Assembly: GCA_027003085.1 (NCBI GenBank)
Contig: JALWYR010000023.1
Location: forward strand, 1 to 28,129
Source of the DNA: Flavobacteriales bacterium
GTDB taxonomy: Bacteria; Bacteroidota; Bacteroidia; Flavobacteriales; Flavobacteriaceae
Direction: 5' to 3'
DNA: 28,129 nucleotides
Below are positions 8,066 through 17,251 of this stretch, one piece after another (position 1 is the stretch's first letter; each line of letters begins with the position of its first letter). The position numbers were made by a program, and so were the translations under genes. The notes under the pieces were generated by a model. That model saw only the letters and a list, made by a program, of their open reading frames with translations. It was not told where the DNA came from and ran no database searches.

Positions 8066-10174
8066 ATGGAAACCCATCCGGTTTGGTTACAACCCGTTAA
8101 GTTTCTCAAAGGCGTAGGGCCCGCCCGGGCCGCCTTGCTCGAAAAGGAATTGGGCATTGTTACGGTGCACGATTTGTTGCACCTGTTTCCCAATCGCTAT
8201 GTGGATCGTAGCAAGGTTTACCGCATCAACGAACTGCAATGGGCCCCCGCCGATGTGCAGGTTTACGGAAAAATCGCTTCCTACCGCATCGAAGGAAGTG
8301 GTAAAACAAAGCGATTGGTGGCCGTGCTCGAAGATGGCGATGCCGCCCTGGAATTGGTATGGTTCAGAAATTACGGCTGGGTAAAAGAGAAATTCCCGCC
8401 CGGCACGCCCGTGGTGGTTTACGGGAAGTTGAATTGGTTCGGCAAGCGGGTGAGTATGGTGCATCCCGAAACCGAAACGGCCGAAAGTTTTAAGCAACGG
8501 GGTTATTTGGGATTGGTTCCCGTGTATCCGTCCACCGAAAAACTGACCAAGCGCGGAGTAACCAACAAGGTGTTCCGGCAAATTATGTTCGACGCCTTCC
8601 AAAATCCGGCCATACGTTTTTCGGAAACCCTGCCCGGTTGGATGCTTCGCGACTATCAACTCACCGGCAAAGACGAAGCCATGCGCAGCGTGCATTTTCC
8701 CAAGGATATGAACAGCTTGTCGCGGGCACAATACCGGCTAAAATTCGAAGAATTATTTTTCCTGCAACTGCAATTGCTTTACAAAAACCGTTACCGCAAG
8801 ACCAAAATCAAGGGGCATGTGTTCCAAAAAGTGGGTGATTACTTCAACAAGTTTTACAAAGAAGTGCTCCCTTTCGACCTGACCGGCGCCCAAAAACGTG
8901 TGGTGCGCGAAATACGTCGCGACCTGCGTTCGGGCACGCAGATGAACCGCTTGCTCCAAGGCGATGTGGGAAGCGGAAAAACCGTGGTGGCTATGCTTTC
9001 GATGCTTTTGGCGGTGGACAACGGATTTCAGGCGGCCATGCTGGCGCCTACCGAAATATTGGCCACCCAACATTTCCAAAACCTGAAAAAATGGGCCGAT
9101 GCTTTGGGGATTCAAATCGGCTTGCTCACGGGTTCCACCAAAAAATCCGAGCGTAAAATCTTGCTGAACGACCTGCAAAGCGGCCGCTTGCATATCCTGG
9201 TGGGCACTCATGCTTTGTTGGAAGACAACGTGCAATTCCGCAACCTGGGATTGACGGTAATCGACGAACAGCATCGTTTCGGCGTGGCACAGCGGGCCAA
9301 AATGTGGAAGAAAAACCAAATTCCGCCGCACATGCTCATTATGACGGCCACCCCCATTCCGCGCACCTTGGCCATGAGTCATTACGGGGATTTGGATGTT
9401 TCGGTGATCGACGAATTGCCGCCCGGACGCAAGCCGGTGGAAACGCATCACCTTTATGCACGCGAGGCACAGAAGGCCTACAATTTTGTCCGCCGTCAAG
9501 TGAAGGCGGGCAGGCAGGCCTACATCGTTTTTCCGCTCATCGAAGAAAGCAAGGTGTTGGATTTGGAAAGTTTAATGGAAGGATACGACCGGCTTGCCCA
9601 GCAGTTTGTTCCTTCGGGCATTCGTATGGGTATGGTGCACGGGGCCATGAAGCCCGCCGAGAAAGAAGCGGTGATGCAGGCCTTCAAGCGGGGCGACATC
9701 GATGTTTTGGTCTCCACCACCGTCATCGAGGTTGGCGTGGACGTGCCCAATGCCACGGTGATGATTATCGAAAGTGCGCAACGCTTCGGGCTGAGTCAGT
9801 TGCATCAATTGCGCGGCCGTGTGGGCCGTGGTGCCGACAAGTCCTACTGCATCCTGATTACCGACGGCAAACTGTCGGAAGAAGCCCGTACACGCATCCG
9901 CACCATGATCGAGACCAACGACGGGTTTCGCATAGCCGAAGCGGATTTACGCCTGCGCGGCCCGGGCAACATCATGGGCACGCAGCAGAGTGGAATGATG
10001 CGGCTCAAAATCGCCGACCTGGTCAAGGACGGGCTTTTGATGCAGCGGGCGCGCAATGCAGCTGCGCGGTTTTTGGAAAAAGATCCGGGTATGCAATTAC
10101 CCGAACATCAAACCACAGTCAGGATTTTCAAGGAGAATTTCCGCAAGGCGGGTTTTTGGAATTTTATCGGATGA
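8066..10174 (+). CDS. recG: ATP-dependent DNA helicase RecG
   Basis: N-terminal LKGVGP and OB wedge, LLQGDVGSGKT, IDEQHRFG, MTATPIPRTL, HQLRGRVGRG, DLRLRGPG. Confidence 0.98.
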   Translation: METHPVWLQPVKFLKGVGPARAALLEKELGIVTVHDLLHLFPNRYVDRSKVYRINELQWAPADVQVYGKIASYRIEGSGKTKRLVAVLEDGDAALELVWFRNYGWVKEKFPPGTPVVVYGKLNWFGKRVSMVHPETETAESFKQRGYLGLVPVYPSTEKLTKRGVTNKVFRQIMFDAFQNPAIRFSETLPGWMLRDYQLTGKDEAMRSVHFPKDMNSLSRAQYRLKFEELFFLQLQLLYKNRYRKTKIKGHVFQKVGDYFNKFYKEVLPFDLTGAQKRVVREIRRDLRSGTQMNRLLQGDVGSGKTVVAMLSMLLAVDNGFQAAMLAPTEILATQHFQNLKKWADALGIQIGLLTGSTKKSERKILLNDLQSGRLHILVGTHALLEDNVQFRNLGLTVIDEQHRFGVAQRAKMWKKNQIPPHMLIMTATPIPRTLAMSHYGDLDVSVIDELPPGRKPVETHHLYAREAQKAYNFVRRQVKAGRQAYIVFPLIEESKVLDLESLMEGYDRLAQQFVPSGIRMGMVHGAMKPAEKEAVMQAFKRGDIDVLVSTTVIEVGVDVPNATVMIIESAQRFGLSQLHQLRGRVGRGADKSYCILITDGKLSEEARTRIRTMIETNDGFRIAEADLRLRGPGNIMGTQQSGMMRLKIADLVKDGLLMQRARNAAARFLEKDPGMQLPEHQTTVRIFKENFRKAGFWNFIG

Positions 10175-10196
10175 AAAATAAGACTAACTCCATGTT

Positions 10197-11909
10197 ATGA
10201 AAAAAATATTGTTTTTACTCGTACTTGCCTTGTACATTCCGGTAGTTAAGGCACAAAAGGTTGAAAAGTTTTCTTGGCAAGACATTCACATGTATGTGGA
10301 TTCCCTGCGGATGTTGCATCAAGATAGCATGGCGTTGGCTGTGGTTGATGGTCTTTTGAGTCGTAAGAATAAAATTATAACCAAAGCAAACAGACTTCGC
10401 CTACTTTGGCTAAAAGCCCGTGTATTGCGGTCGATGGGGAAGCTTAACCAAGCGATGAAAGTTTTGGACAATGCAATGGCGCAGAACGTTCAAGCAGACG
10501 GGCTTGCGGGTGATTTGTGGTTGGAAAAAGCTAAAATATACAGGGAAATAGGCAAAAAGGAGTTGGCGGGAAAGTCGCTGAACAAAGCTTTAATAGTGTT
10601 TAAAAAATCCGGTAATGTGAATGGATTTATCAGAACACGTATTTTGCAAAATATCATTAGTTTGGAAAGTGGATCGGTGCATGCTGCATTGGATAGTTTA
10701 AAAGAAATTGAAGGTGAAATAACATTTGTTGTAGATAGTTCCTTATCAAAGGAGTTAAATTTTGCGTTGGCTTATGCATATTTCCGTTTCGGAGCCTACG
10801 ATGATGCAAAAAAATATTTTTTTAAGACTTTGCAGTTTACACCTTCGCGGGATTTGTTTTACCGTAATATGCTATGGACTAATTTGGGGACCATTTACCA
10901 ACGATTGGGCCGGGCGGATTCGGCTTGTTATTATCAACGTTTAGCGGCCAAATCGGCATTAATCTCAAAGGATTATTATTTATTACCCACATTGTATTAT
11001 AACTTGGCCACTTTAAAATTAGGGCAACAAGATTTGGATTCCACGGATTTTTATGCCCGAAGAGGTGTTTTTTGGTCCAAAAGATTAAAACGATACGACC
11101 GTTGGATAATGAATTTACAACTATTGGCAGCAGTGGATTCAATACGTGGGAATACTACCGGGCAATTGAAAGGTTGGAAACAGATTGCCTTTTTAAAAGA
11201 TTCTATGTTGGCTAATGAACGGGAACGGATTAGTAAGGAAATAGCCGATCATTATAATTCTTTGAAAAAAGATGAGATTATTGCTTTGCAAAAGAAAAAT
11301 TTAAAAACCGCCCGTCAAAAATCCCTTATTCAAAATATCTTAATTTTTGCAGGATTTTTATTGCTGATATTGTTGATCATTTGGTTGCGAACATACCGGA
11401 ATTTGTGGAAGAAGAAGGATGAGATTTGGCGCTTTGAACAAGAACGAACCCGTTATTTAATCCGTCAAAAAAATAAGGAACTTACATCCATTGCATTATT
11501 AGCCGAACAAAAAGCCCGGTTTGTAGATGACCTATACAAACGGTTGGTTAATATTGATAAACACTCCACCGGAGCCAAGGACCAAATCAAACGTATTATA
11601 CGAGAGATAAAAGCCACACAAAACCTCCAACGCGATATAGAATTGTTTTTCGAAAAATTTGCACAGGCTCATCCTGATTTTATTTCCGGTTTGAAAAAAC
11701 GTTTTCCGCAATTGAGCAGTTCCGAAATACGTTTACTTTCTTATATCCATGTGGGCATGAGTAATAAACAAATTGCGGTTATGCAAAATGTAACGCTTTC
11801 AGCCGTGCATAAGATGCGTTATCGCATCAAAAAAAAATTGGGCTTACCGCGAAACGAATCACTGGATGATTTTGTCCGGAAAATATCCCAGGAAAGCGCC
11901 AGTGATTGA
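10197..11909 (+). CDS. Membrane-spanning TPR-repeat protein with C-terminal LuxR-type HTH (putative one-component regulator)
   Basis: Signal peptide MKKILFLLVLALYIPVVKA-Q; TPR-like helices (LAYAYFRFGAYDDAKKYFFKTL, NLGTIYQRLG, YYNLATLKL); TM ILIFAGFLLLILLIIWL; HTH LSSSEIRLLSYIHVGMSNKQIAVMQNVTLSAVHKMRYRIKKKLGL. Confidence 0.85.
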   Translation: MKKILFLLVLALYIPVVKAQKVEKFSWQDIHMYVDSLRMLHQDSMALAVVDGLLSRKNKIITKANRLRLLWLKARVLRSMGKLNQAMKVLDNAMAQNVQADGLAGDLWLEKAKIYREIGKKELAGKSLNKALIVFKKSGNVNGFIRTRILQNIISLESGSVHAALDSLKEIEGEITFVVDSSLSKELNFALAYAYFRFGAYDDAKKYFFKTLQFTPSRDLFYRNMLWTNLGTIYQRLGRADSACYYQRLAAKSALISKDYYLLPTLYYNLATLKLGQQDLDSTDFYARRGVFWSKRLKRYDRWIMNLQLLAAVDSIRGNTTGQLKGWKQIAFLKDSMLANERERISKEIADHYNSLKKDEIIALQKKNLKTARQKSLIQNILIFAGFLLLILLIIWLRTYRNLWKKKDEIWRFEQERTRYLIRQKNKELTSIALLAEQKARFVDDLYKRLVNIDKHSTGAKDQIKRIIREIKATQNLQRDIELFFEKFAQAHPDFISGLKKRFPQLSSSEIRLLSYIHVGMSNKQIAVMQNVTLSAVHKMRYRIKKKLGLPRNESLDDFVRKISQESASD

Positions 11910-11919
11910 TTTGATGACC

Positions 11920-11940
11920 TTTGTCCAATATTTGTCCAAT
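11920..11940 (+). promoter_or_regulatory. Tandem direct repeat TTTGTCCAAT-A-TTTGTCCAAT, candidate regulator binding site
   Basis: Perfect 10-bp repeat with 11-bp period, 69 bp upstream of the 12010 start. Function is inferred. Confidence 0.5.
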
Positions 11941-12009
11941 GGAGGATTTCTGTATTTTTCAATTTTTGGTTGGAAATATTGATACTTTTACAACCAAAAA
12001 TCAATCTAC

Positions 12010-15000
12010 ATGAGCAAAAGTGTATTTTTTTCCGTTTTTTGGAGCATTTTATTTGTTTGGAATTTTTATGCACAATCGTGGAAAGATTTAGCCAAAGACA
12101 AAAGAATTAATTTCTATGATGTGGTGCATTATGCAGAAATGCAGTTTAAGGCCGAAGGTATTAGGCCAAATGGCTTAGGAGAATCGGAATACAACGAATT
12201 TTTAAGGTGGCGATATTTGAATGAATACAAATATTATCCAACGGGCGACAGGACAAAGGAAGACCCGTTGTTTTTGAAACATGCATGGGAGGGATACCTA
12301 CACCAAACACCCGGAATATATCTTCGTCCCATTAATACAACCGGCTGGGAAGAATTGGGGCCGCGTACTATCGATTCGATAACCTGGCATTATTCGGCAG
12401 GTCTTGGCCGGGTAACCGACATATATTCGCTAACACCCGATACATTATTTCTTACTTCCGAAGCCGGAGGTTTATGGAAATCTACTGACGGCGGCCAGAC
12501 TTGGTCGCCCAAATCGGATGTACTTATTGCATCGGGCGCACATGCTATTGCTGTAAATCCTTTCAATCACAATAAAATGTATATGGACGTACGCAATCCG
12601 GGCAATTATTATTCCTATGGTGTGTATCGTTCGGACGACGGAGGTGAAACCTGGTATGAATCGAACTTTAATCCTGCCAATGTGGGCTATGGTGGCTTGG
12701 GAGATGACTTCTCGATTTTTACTATCCGTTGCCACCCCTTTATCGATAGTTTGATTTTTATAGGGACCAACCGGGGTTTATATATTTCGCATGACGATTT
12801 ACAGACTTGGACGCGCATCTATACGATATTTGATAACACCAGCTATGCGGAAATTTACAGCATTGCATTTCATCCAACGGACACAAACACGGTGTATATT
12901 GTTGACGACGTTTGGAATGCTGACAGGAGTAAAATTTATATTTCGCATGATTTAGGACAAACCTGGAATACTTCAAATCAGTTGATAGACGGCAATAATG
13001 ACCCGAATGATAAGGCATTATTTTTGGACACCAGCCCCGATTGCCCCGATTGCGTTTTTGCCGCCTCCGATAAAGGAGTATGGAAGTCTACCGACCAAGG
13101 ACAAAATTTTACGTTTTTGGCCAAACCTAATATGTCTTTTTATACCGGATTTGCCGTAAACAAAAATGATGCCGATAATATGATTTACGGCTATGTCGAT
13201 ATTATGGCTACCAACGACGGCGGCATCAATTGGCAGCAAGTAACCCATTGGTCGCTTGGTAATACCAACGGGGGATACAACAGCAGTAATTTCATGCAGG
13301 AATTGCTTCATGCCACAGATTATGTGCATGCCGATTTACATCCGGCCAAGTATCAAAACGGCAGTTTTTATATTGGTACCGACGGATTTATGTGCAAAAG
13401 TTCCGATGGTGGGAATAATTGGGAAATTCTAAGTTTCGGCACGGGAATCAGGGAAAATTACCGTTTGGGACTTTGCCAAGGTAACCGTGAAGTAATTATG
13501 AATGGCTCACAGGATAACGGAGGAAGTTACCGTTGCGAAGACGGTTGGGTGGAGATTACCGGTGGCGATGGTATGGAATCCGTTGTAATACCATTGAATG
13601 ACAAGGCTTTTATAGGTAGCTATCAATTCGGTAGCATCTATCGAACTTTTGACGGAGGAATTGATGTGCAAGGAATTACTCCTGCTGGCTCCGACCAAGC
13701 CTATTGGGTGGCTCCTTTGGCCTTTGACCCCAAAAATCAAATGACTATTTATAGTTTTCGCAAGGGGGTTTGGAAAAGTGAGGATTTCGGTGATACCTGG
13801 ACAAAGTTGAGTGCAGATATTTTCGGCTCGAATTCATGGGACAATATTCATAATGCCGAAATAGCCCGCAACAACACACAAATTATGGCTGTTTCAAACT
13901 ACGAGCATATCAAGAAATCCACCGATGGAGGTGTAACATTTACCGATATTCAAAACGGACTTCCCAACTATTTTATCCGTGATATTGCCTTTGCTCCGCA
14001 TGATGATAATGTAATGTTGGTAACCTATGCCGAACTGTTCCATCCTGCCGAAAAAATATTCATATCGACCAATGGCGGGAATAGTTGGCAAAACATTACC
14101 TATAATTTGAATAATATTCCGGTACACAATGTAGTGGTAGATCACACACCCGAACATCGCATATATGCCGGTACGGAGTTGGGTGTATTTTATAAGAATT
14201 TTAATGACACCACTTGGTTGCCACTTCAAAATGGCATGCCCAAAGTAAAAATTGCCGAATTGGAAATTAATGAAGCAAGTAACGAACTTTTTGCCTCCAC
14301 CTGGGGAAGAGGATTATGGCGAATCAAAATTCCCGGCAGGGAAAATTATCCCGAAATAGCAAAGATAAATATCTCTAACCCGCCTACTTTGAGCATGCCA
14401 AAAGAAACCATGGAACAATATGTAACTGCCTATATTAATTATTCGGGGTCCTTAAATTCGGTAAAAGTCAAATATTCTCTCAATAGCTATGATATGGCTC
14501 AAAGCATGAATATGTCGCTTGTTTCCGGCAACAGATGGGTGTCGGACGAGCCTTTGCCGGATGGGAATGCAGGTGATAAGATTTATTTCCTTGTCGAAGC
14601 CGTAGGTGCCAATAACGATACCACCCGTACATATGCTTACATGTACACATTGCGTCCGTTTGAATATTGCGATGCTTCCGGTTCAACCAATCCCACGGAC
14701 TTGTATATTACCGAAACCAAGATCACGGACACTTTCAACAACCAAGTTGTTTTGGATAACACCACGGCCAATGATCTGTATCACTACTACGATTTGCCGG
14801 TTACGGATTTAATCGCCGGAGCCACATATCAAATTTACGTTTCTTCCACTCCGGTGTGGCATGAAAACGATTATGCCGTTTGGATAGATTATAACCACGA
14901 TGCTGAATTTACCGATGATGAACGTGTTGTATTTGCACCTGACAATGATGGATCTGTTCAAGTCAATTTTACGGTTCCAAGCTCGGCACAGAAAAATCAA

Positions 15001-15807
15001 ATTTTACGTATGCGTGTACGTTTAGGTAATCATGGAACCGATCCACAAGCATGTGGAACGGCCTTTGGCGAAGTGGAAGACTATGCTGTCAAGATTGTTA
15101 CCGATACTATTTCGCCGGTACCCCATGTGAACCCGCTTCCTGATATTCAGTCGGAATGTCCCATAAACACACTTACTCCGCCAACCGCAAATGACAATGT
15201 GGATGGCACAATTACCGCCACAACCAATGTCAATTTGCCTATCAACACCCCCGGAACTACTACGGTAACCTGGACCTACACAGATGCGGCCGGTAACACT
15301 ACCACCCAAACGCAAAATGTAATTTATACACCCATTGATAATACCGTTTCTCAAAACGGATATACTTTAACAGTCAATGCCTCGGGCACACAATATACCT
15401 ACCAATGGGGTGATTGTAGCAATGGCTTTGCTCCGGTTCCGGGGGCTACCGAACAAAACTTTACCCCCACACAGGACGGATATTATGCCGTTCAAATAAG
15501 CAACGGGGAGTGTACGGTAACGTCCGATTGTATTCATGTTACCGGCTTAAAAAATATCCTTTTGACCCGCTACGGGATATCTATTTATCCTAATCCTACA
15601 CCTAACATGATAAGTATCCGGTTTACAGGAAAATATCAAACGGCCGATGGCTCATTGTTTGATTTTTCGGGAAAATTAATTGAACATCGCATTTTCACTG
15701 GCCCGGAAGCCATTTTGGATATGACCCGTTTTGCACCGGGAGTTTATTGGCTGAATTTGCAAATAAACGACAACAAAATGAGTATACGGCTCATAAAGCG
15801 ACCATAA
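12010..15807 (+). CDS. T9SS-secreted multidomain protein: Asp-box/BNR (VPS10/GH74-like) beta-propellers, Ig-like, GEVED, HYR-like, T9SS type A CTD
   Basis: Signal peptide ending FYA-Q; ~11 Asp-boxes (KSTDGGQTW, RSDDGGETW, KSSDGGNNW, KSEDFGDTW, ISTNGGNSW etc.); RMRVR..GEVEDY; TWTYTDAAGN; CTD IYPNP...GVYWLNL. Confidence 0.85.
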   Translation: MSKSVFFSVFWSILFVWNFYAQSWKDLAKDKRINFYDVVHYAEMQFKAEGIRPNGLGESEYNEFLRWRYLNEYKYYPTGDRTKEDPLFLKHAWEGYLHQTPGIYLRPINTTGWEELGPRTIDSITWHYSAGLGRVTDIYSLTPDTLFLTSEAGGLWKSTDGGQTWSPKSDVLIASGAHAIAVNPFNHNKMYMDVRNPGNYYSYGVYRSDDGGETWYESNFNPANVGYGGLGDDFSIFTIRCHPFIDSLIFIGTNRGLYISHDDLQTWTRIYTIFDNTSYAEIYSIAFHPTDTNTVYIVDDVWNADRSKIYISHDLGQTWNTSNQLIDGNNDPNDKALFLDTSPDCPDCVFAASDKGVWKSTDQGQNFTFLAKPNMSFYTGFAVNKNDADNMIYGYVDIMATNDGGINWQQVTHWSLGNTNGGYNSSNFMQELLHATDYVHADLHPAKYQNGSFYIGTDGFMCKSSDGGNNWEILSFGTGIRENYRLGLCQGNREVIMNGSQDNGGSYRCEDGWVEITGGDGMESVVIPLNDKAFIGSYQFGSIYRTFDGGIDVQGITPAGSDQAYWVAPLAFDPKNQMTIYSFRKGVWKSEDFGDTWTKLSADIFGSNSWDNIHNAEIARNNTQIMAVSNYEHIKKSTDGGVTFTDIQNGLPNYFIRDIAFAPHDDNVMLVTYAELFHPAEKIFISTNGGNSWQNITYNLNNIPVHNVVVDHTPEHRIYAGTELGVFYKNFNDTTWLPLQNGMPKVKIAELEINEASNELFASTWGRGLWRIKIPGRENYPEIAKINISNPPTLSMPKETMEQYVTAYINYSGSLNSVKVKYSLNSYDMAQSMNMSLVSGNRWVSDEPLPDGNAGDKIYFLVEAVGANNDTTRTYAYMYTLRPFEYCDASGSTNPTDLYITETKITDTFNNQVVLDNTTANDLYHYYDLPVTDLIAGATYQIYVSSTPVWHENDYAVWIDYNHDAEFTDDERVVFAPDNDGSVQVNFTVPSSAQKNQILRMRVRLGNHGTDPQACGTAFGEVEDYAVKIVTDTISPVPHVNPLPDIQSECPINTLTPPTANDNVDGTITATTNVNLPINTPGTTTVTWTYTDAAGNTTTQTQNVIYTPIDNTVSQNGYTLTVNASGTQYTYQWGDCSNGFAPVPGATEQNFTPTQDGYYAVQISNGECTVTSDCIHVTGLKNILLTRYGISIYPNPTPNMISIRFTGKYQTADGSLFDFSGKLIEHRIFTGPEAILDMTRFAPGVYWLNLQINDNKMSIRLIKRP

Positions 15808-15873
15808 GGTTTTTGTTTGAAGAACAGGTTTACCATGTGTAAATCTGTTCTTTTTTTTGATAAAAAGAGGCTT

Positions 15874-17190
15874 ATGGAAAAATTTTTTTTAACGCTTGTT
15901 TTCGGATTACTCCCTTATGGGATTTCCGTGGCTCAAACTATGGTTTACCGGTCTGAATACGAACAAGCCGGCGATCAGTTATATGATTTGAACGACTCGC
16001 AAGAAGGCTTGGCTTCTTATACTTTGATATCAGGAAATGACGACGGGTATTATACTCTTGACAACAATTCCGGAATTATTAGCGTGGCCCGTCCCATTCC
16101 CGACGCCTTCGATATAATACGTCGCGATACCTTGGTTGTGGGAATTGATGCATCGATTGATACATTGATCATTGTAGATGCCTATGACTACTTCATTCAA
16201 CAATTAAGCCCCGAATATGAGGTGATGGATCAACATGGAGAATATTATGTTGATTCTGCTTCACAATGGACTGCCTATAATAATCTTTGGGGTAGAGGTA
16301 CGGCAGTGCCCGGTCAGGATTTCCGTATAGCAACCATTCACAAAAGCTCTGTGCCCGACACCACTTTCATCATTTGGGATGTTCCGGGCTTGGCCCGAGA
16401 TTACGGAGGATCGTCCGTTTGGTGTTATAGTAATGTTTTCTGGGGAAACCGCTATGGCATGCGAGAAAATTTGCAGGGCTTCCCGTTTCAAATCGCTTCA
16501 ATTGATTCTTTGGAATTGGAGTTTGATTTTGATCAATTATTTGGTGATGATCAATTCAAAATCGCTATGAATATGTTTATGACCGATGAATCGTATCTTA
16601 CTAATTTTTCGGCTAATGATGGCGATTTATTTTTTGTTTTTGATCAAAAAGGAACATGGATTCCTAATTATCCGTATGCTTTGCCCGATACCATAATTTT
16701 AGGAAAACTATTTGCTTTGCGCTATGACGATTCCTTGCGAGGCCGGTTTTATGAACGTCGCAGGGTAATTATCAAAGATAATGAACGGTTAATGTCGGGC
16801 ACACTGGATTTAAAAGGTGTTTTCAACAGGTTTATCGTTGAGGGATATCTGAATCCACAGCAATATATCTATCATATACAACTGGGCGTTGAAGTAACAG
16901 CTGGGTTCGGAGCTATTGCTATCCGACACGGGCATTTTAAGTTTATTCAAAATCAACTGAATACCGGTAGTACAGAACAACGGAAATACCTTATTTATCC
17001 CAATCCTTCCGAAGGAGAAATAATTATTAAAGGTAGCGCCCCTCCATTTGATATTGAAATTTTCGATATAACCGAAAAAAGAATACGTAAATTTAAAATC
17101 TTTACCCGAACACTTAATATTTTCAATCTACCCGCTGGTATTTATACCATTAAAATCAACGGAGAGAGGCATAAATTAATCAAGCGTTAG
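15874..17190 (+). CDS. T9SS-secreted protein: cadherin-like N-domain, GH12-like jelly-roll domain, T9SS CTD
   Basis: Start re-called to ATG 15874 (MEKFFLTLVFGLLPYGISVA-Q); YTLISGNDDGYYTLDNNSGIISV is cadherin-like; YNNLWG, CYSNVFWG, KIAMNMF, IQLGVEV resemble GH12 motifs; CTD IYPNPS...GIYTIKI. Confidence 0.72.
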   Translation: MEKFFLTLVFGLLPYGISVAQTMVYRSEYEQAGDQLYDLNDSQEGLASYTLISGNDDGYYTLDNNSGIISVARPIPDAFDIIRRDTLVVGIDASIDTLIIVDAYDYFIQQLSPEYEVMDQHGEYYVDSASQWTAYNNLWGRGTAVPGQDFRIATIHKSSVPDTTFIIWDVPGLARDYGGSSVWCYSNVFWGNRYGMRENLQGFPFQIASIDSLELEFDFDQLFGDDQFKIAMNMFMTDESYLTNFSANDGDLFFVFDQKGTWIPNYPYALPDTIILGKLFALRYDDSLRGRFYERRRVIIKDNERLMSGTLDLKGVFNRFIVEGYLNPQQYIYHIQLGVEVTAGFGAIAIRHGHFKFIQNQLNTGSTEQRKYLIYPNPSEGEIIIKGSAPPFDIEIFDITEKRIRKFKIFTRTLNIFNLPAGIYTIKINGERHKLIKR

Positions 17191-17223
17191 AAGCAGTAAA
17201 AACTTCGGTTTTTCCAGAAGTTG

Positions 17224-17231
17224 TAACTTTG
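17224..17231 (+). promoter_or_regulatory. -7 promoter element for queE
   Basis: TAACTTTG 20 bp upstream of the ATG. Confidence 0.7.
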
Positions 17232-17251
17232 CCTCTCCTCGACCAAAACTA

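Larger units (their letters stand above)
10175..17190. other. AT-richer accessory block of three genes between recG and queE
   Basis: Hand-counted 60-nt samples give G+C 25/60 (10261), 18/60 (11281) and 19/60 (16621) versus 35/60 (6241) and 36/60 (9961) in core genes. No integrase or att repeat seen. Confidence 0.65.

Noticed and set aside
9304-10200. 298 aa alternative-frame ORF in recG (likewise 1142-1951 in priA)
   Set aside because: Arg/Gly/Ala-rich off-frame translation typical of GC-rich coding DNA; the main frames are intact, so no frameshift is needed.
15817-15873. Longer ORF-track starts (also 5849, 17956, 19805, 21453, 22118, 26238, 27186)
   Set aside because: Downstream ATGs give proper signal peptides or family N-termini and avoid long overlaps with upstream genes or promoters.
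17198-17222. AAAAAC-TTCG-GTTTTT hairpin at the right edge of the AT-richer block as an att site or terminator
   Set aside because: The stem has one GC pair and there is no matching sequence at the left edge (10175-10196); too weak to call.
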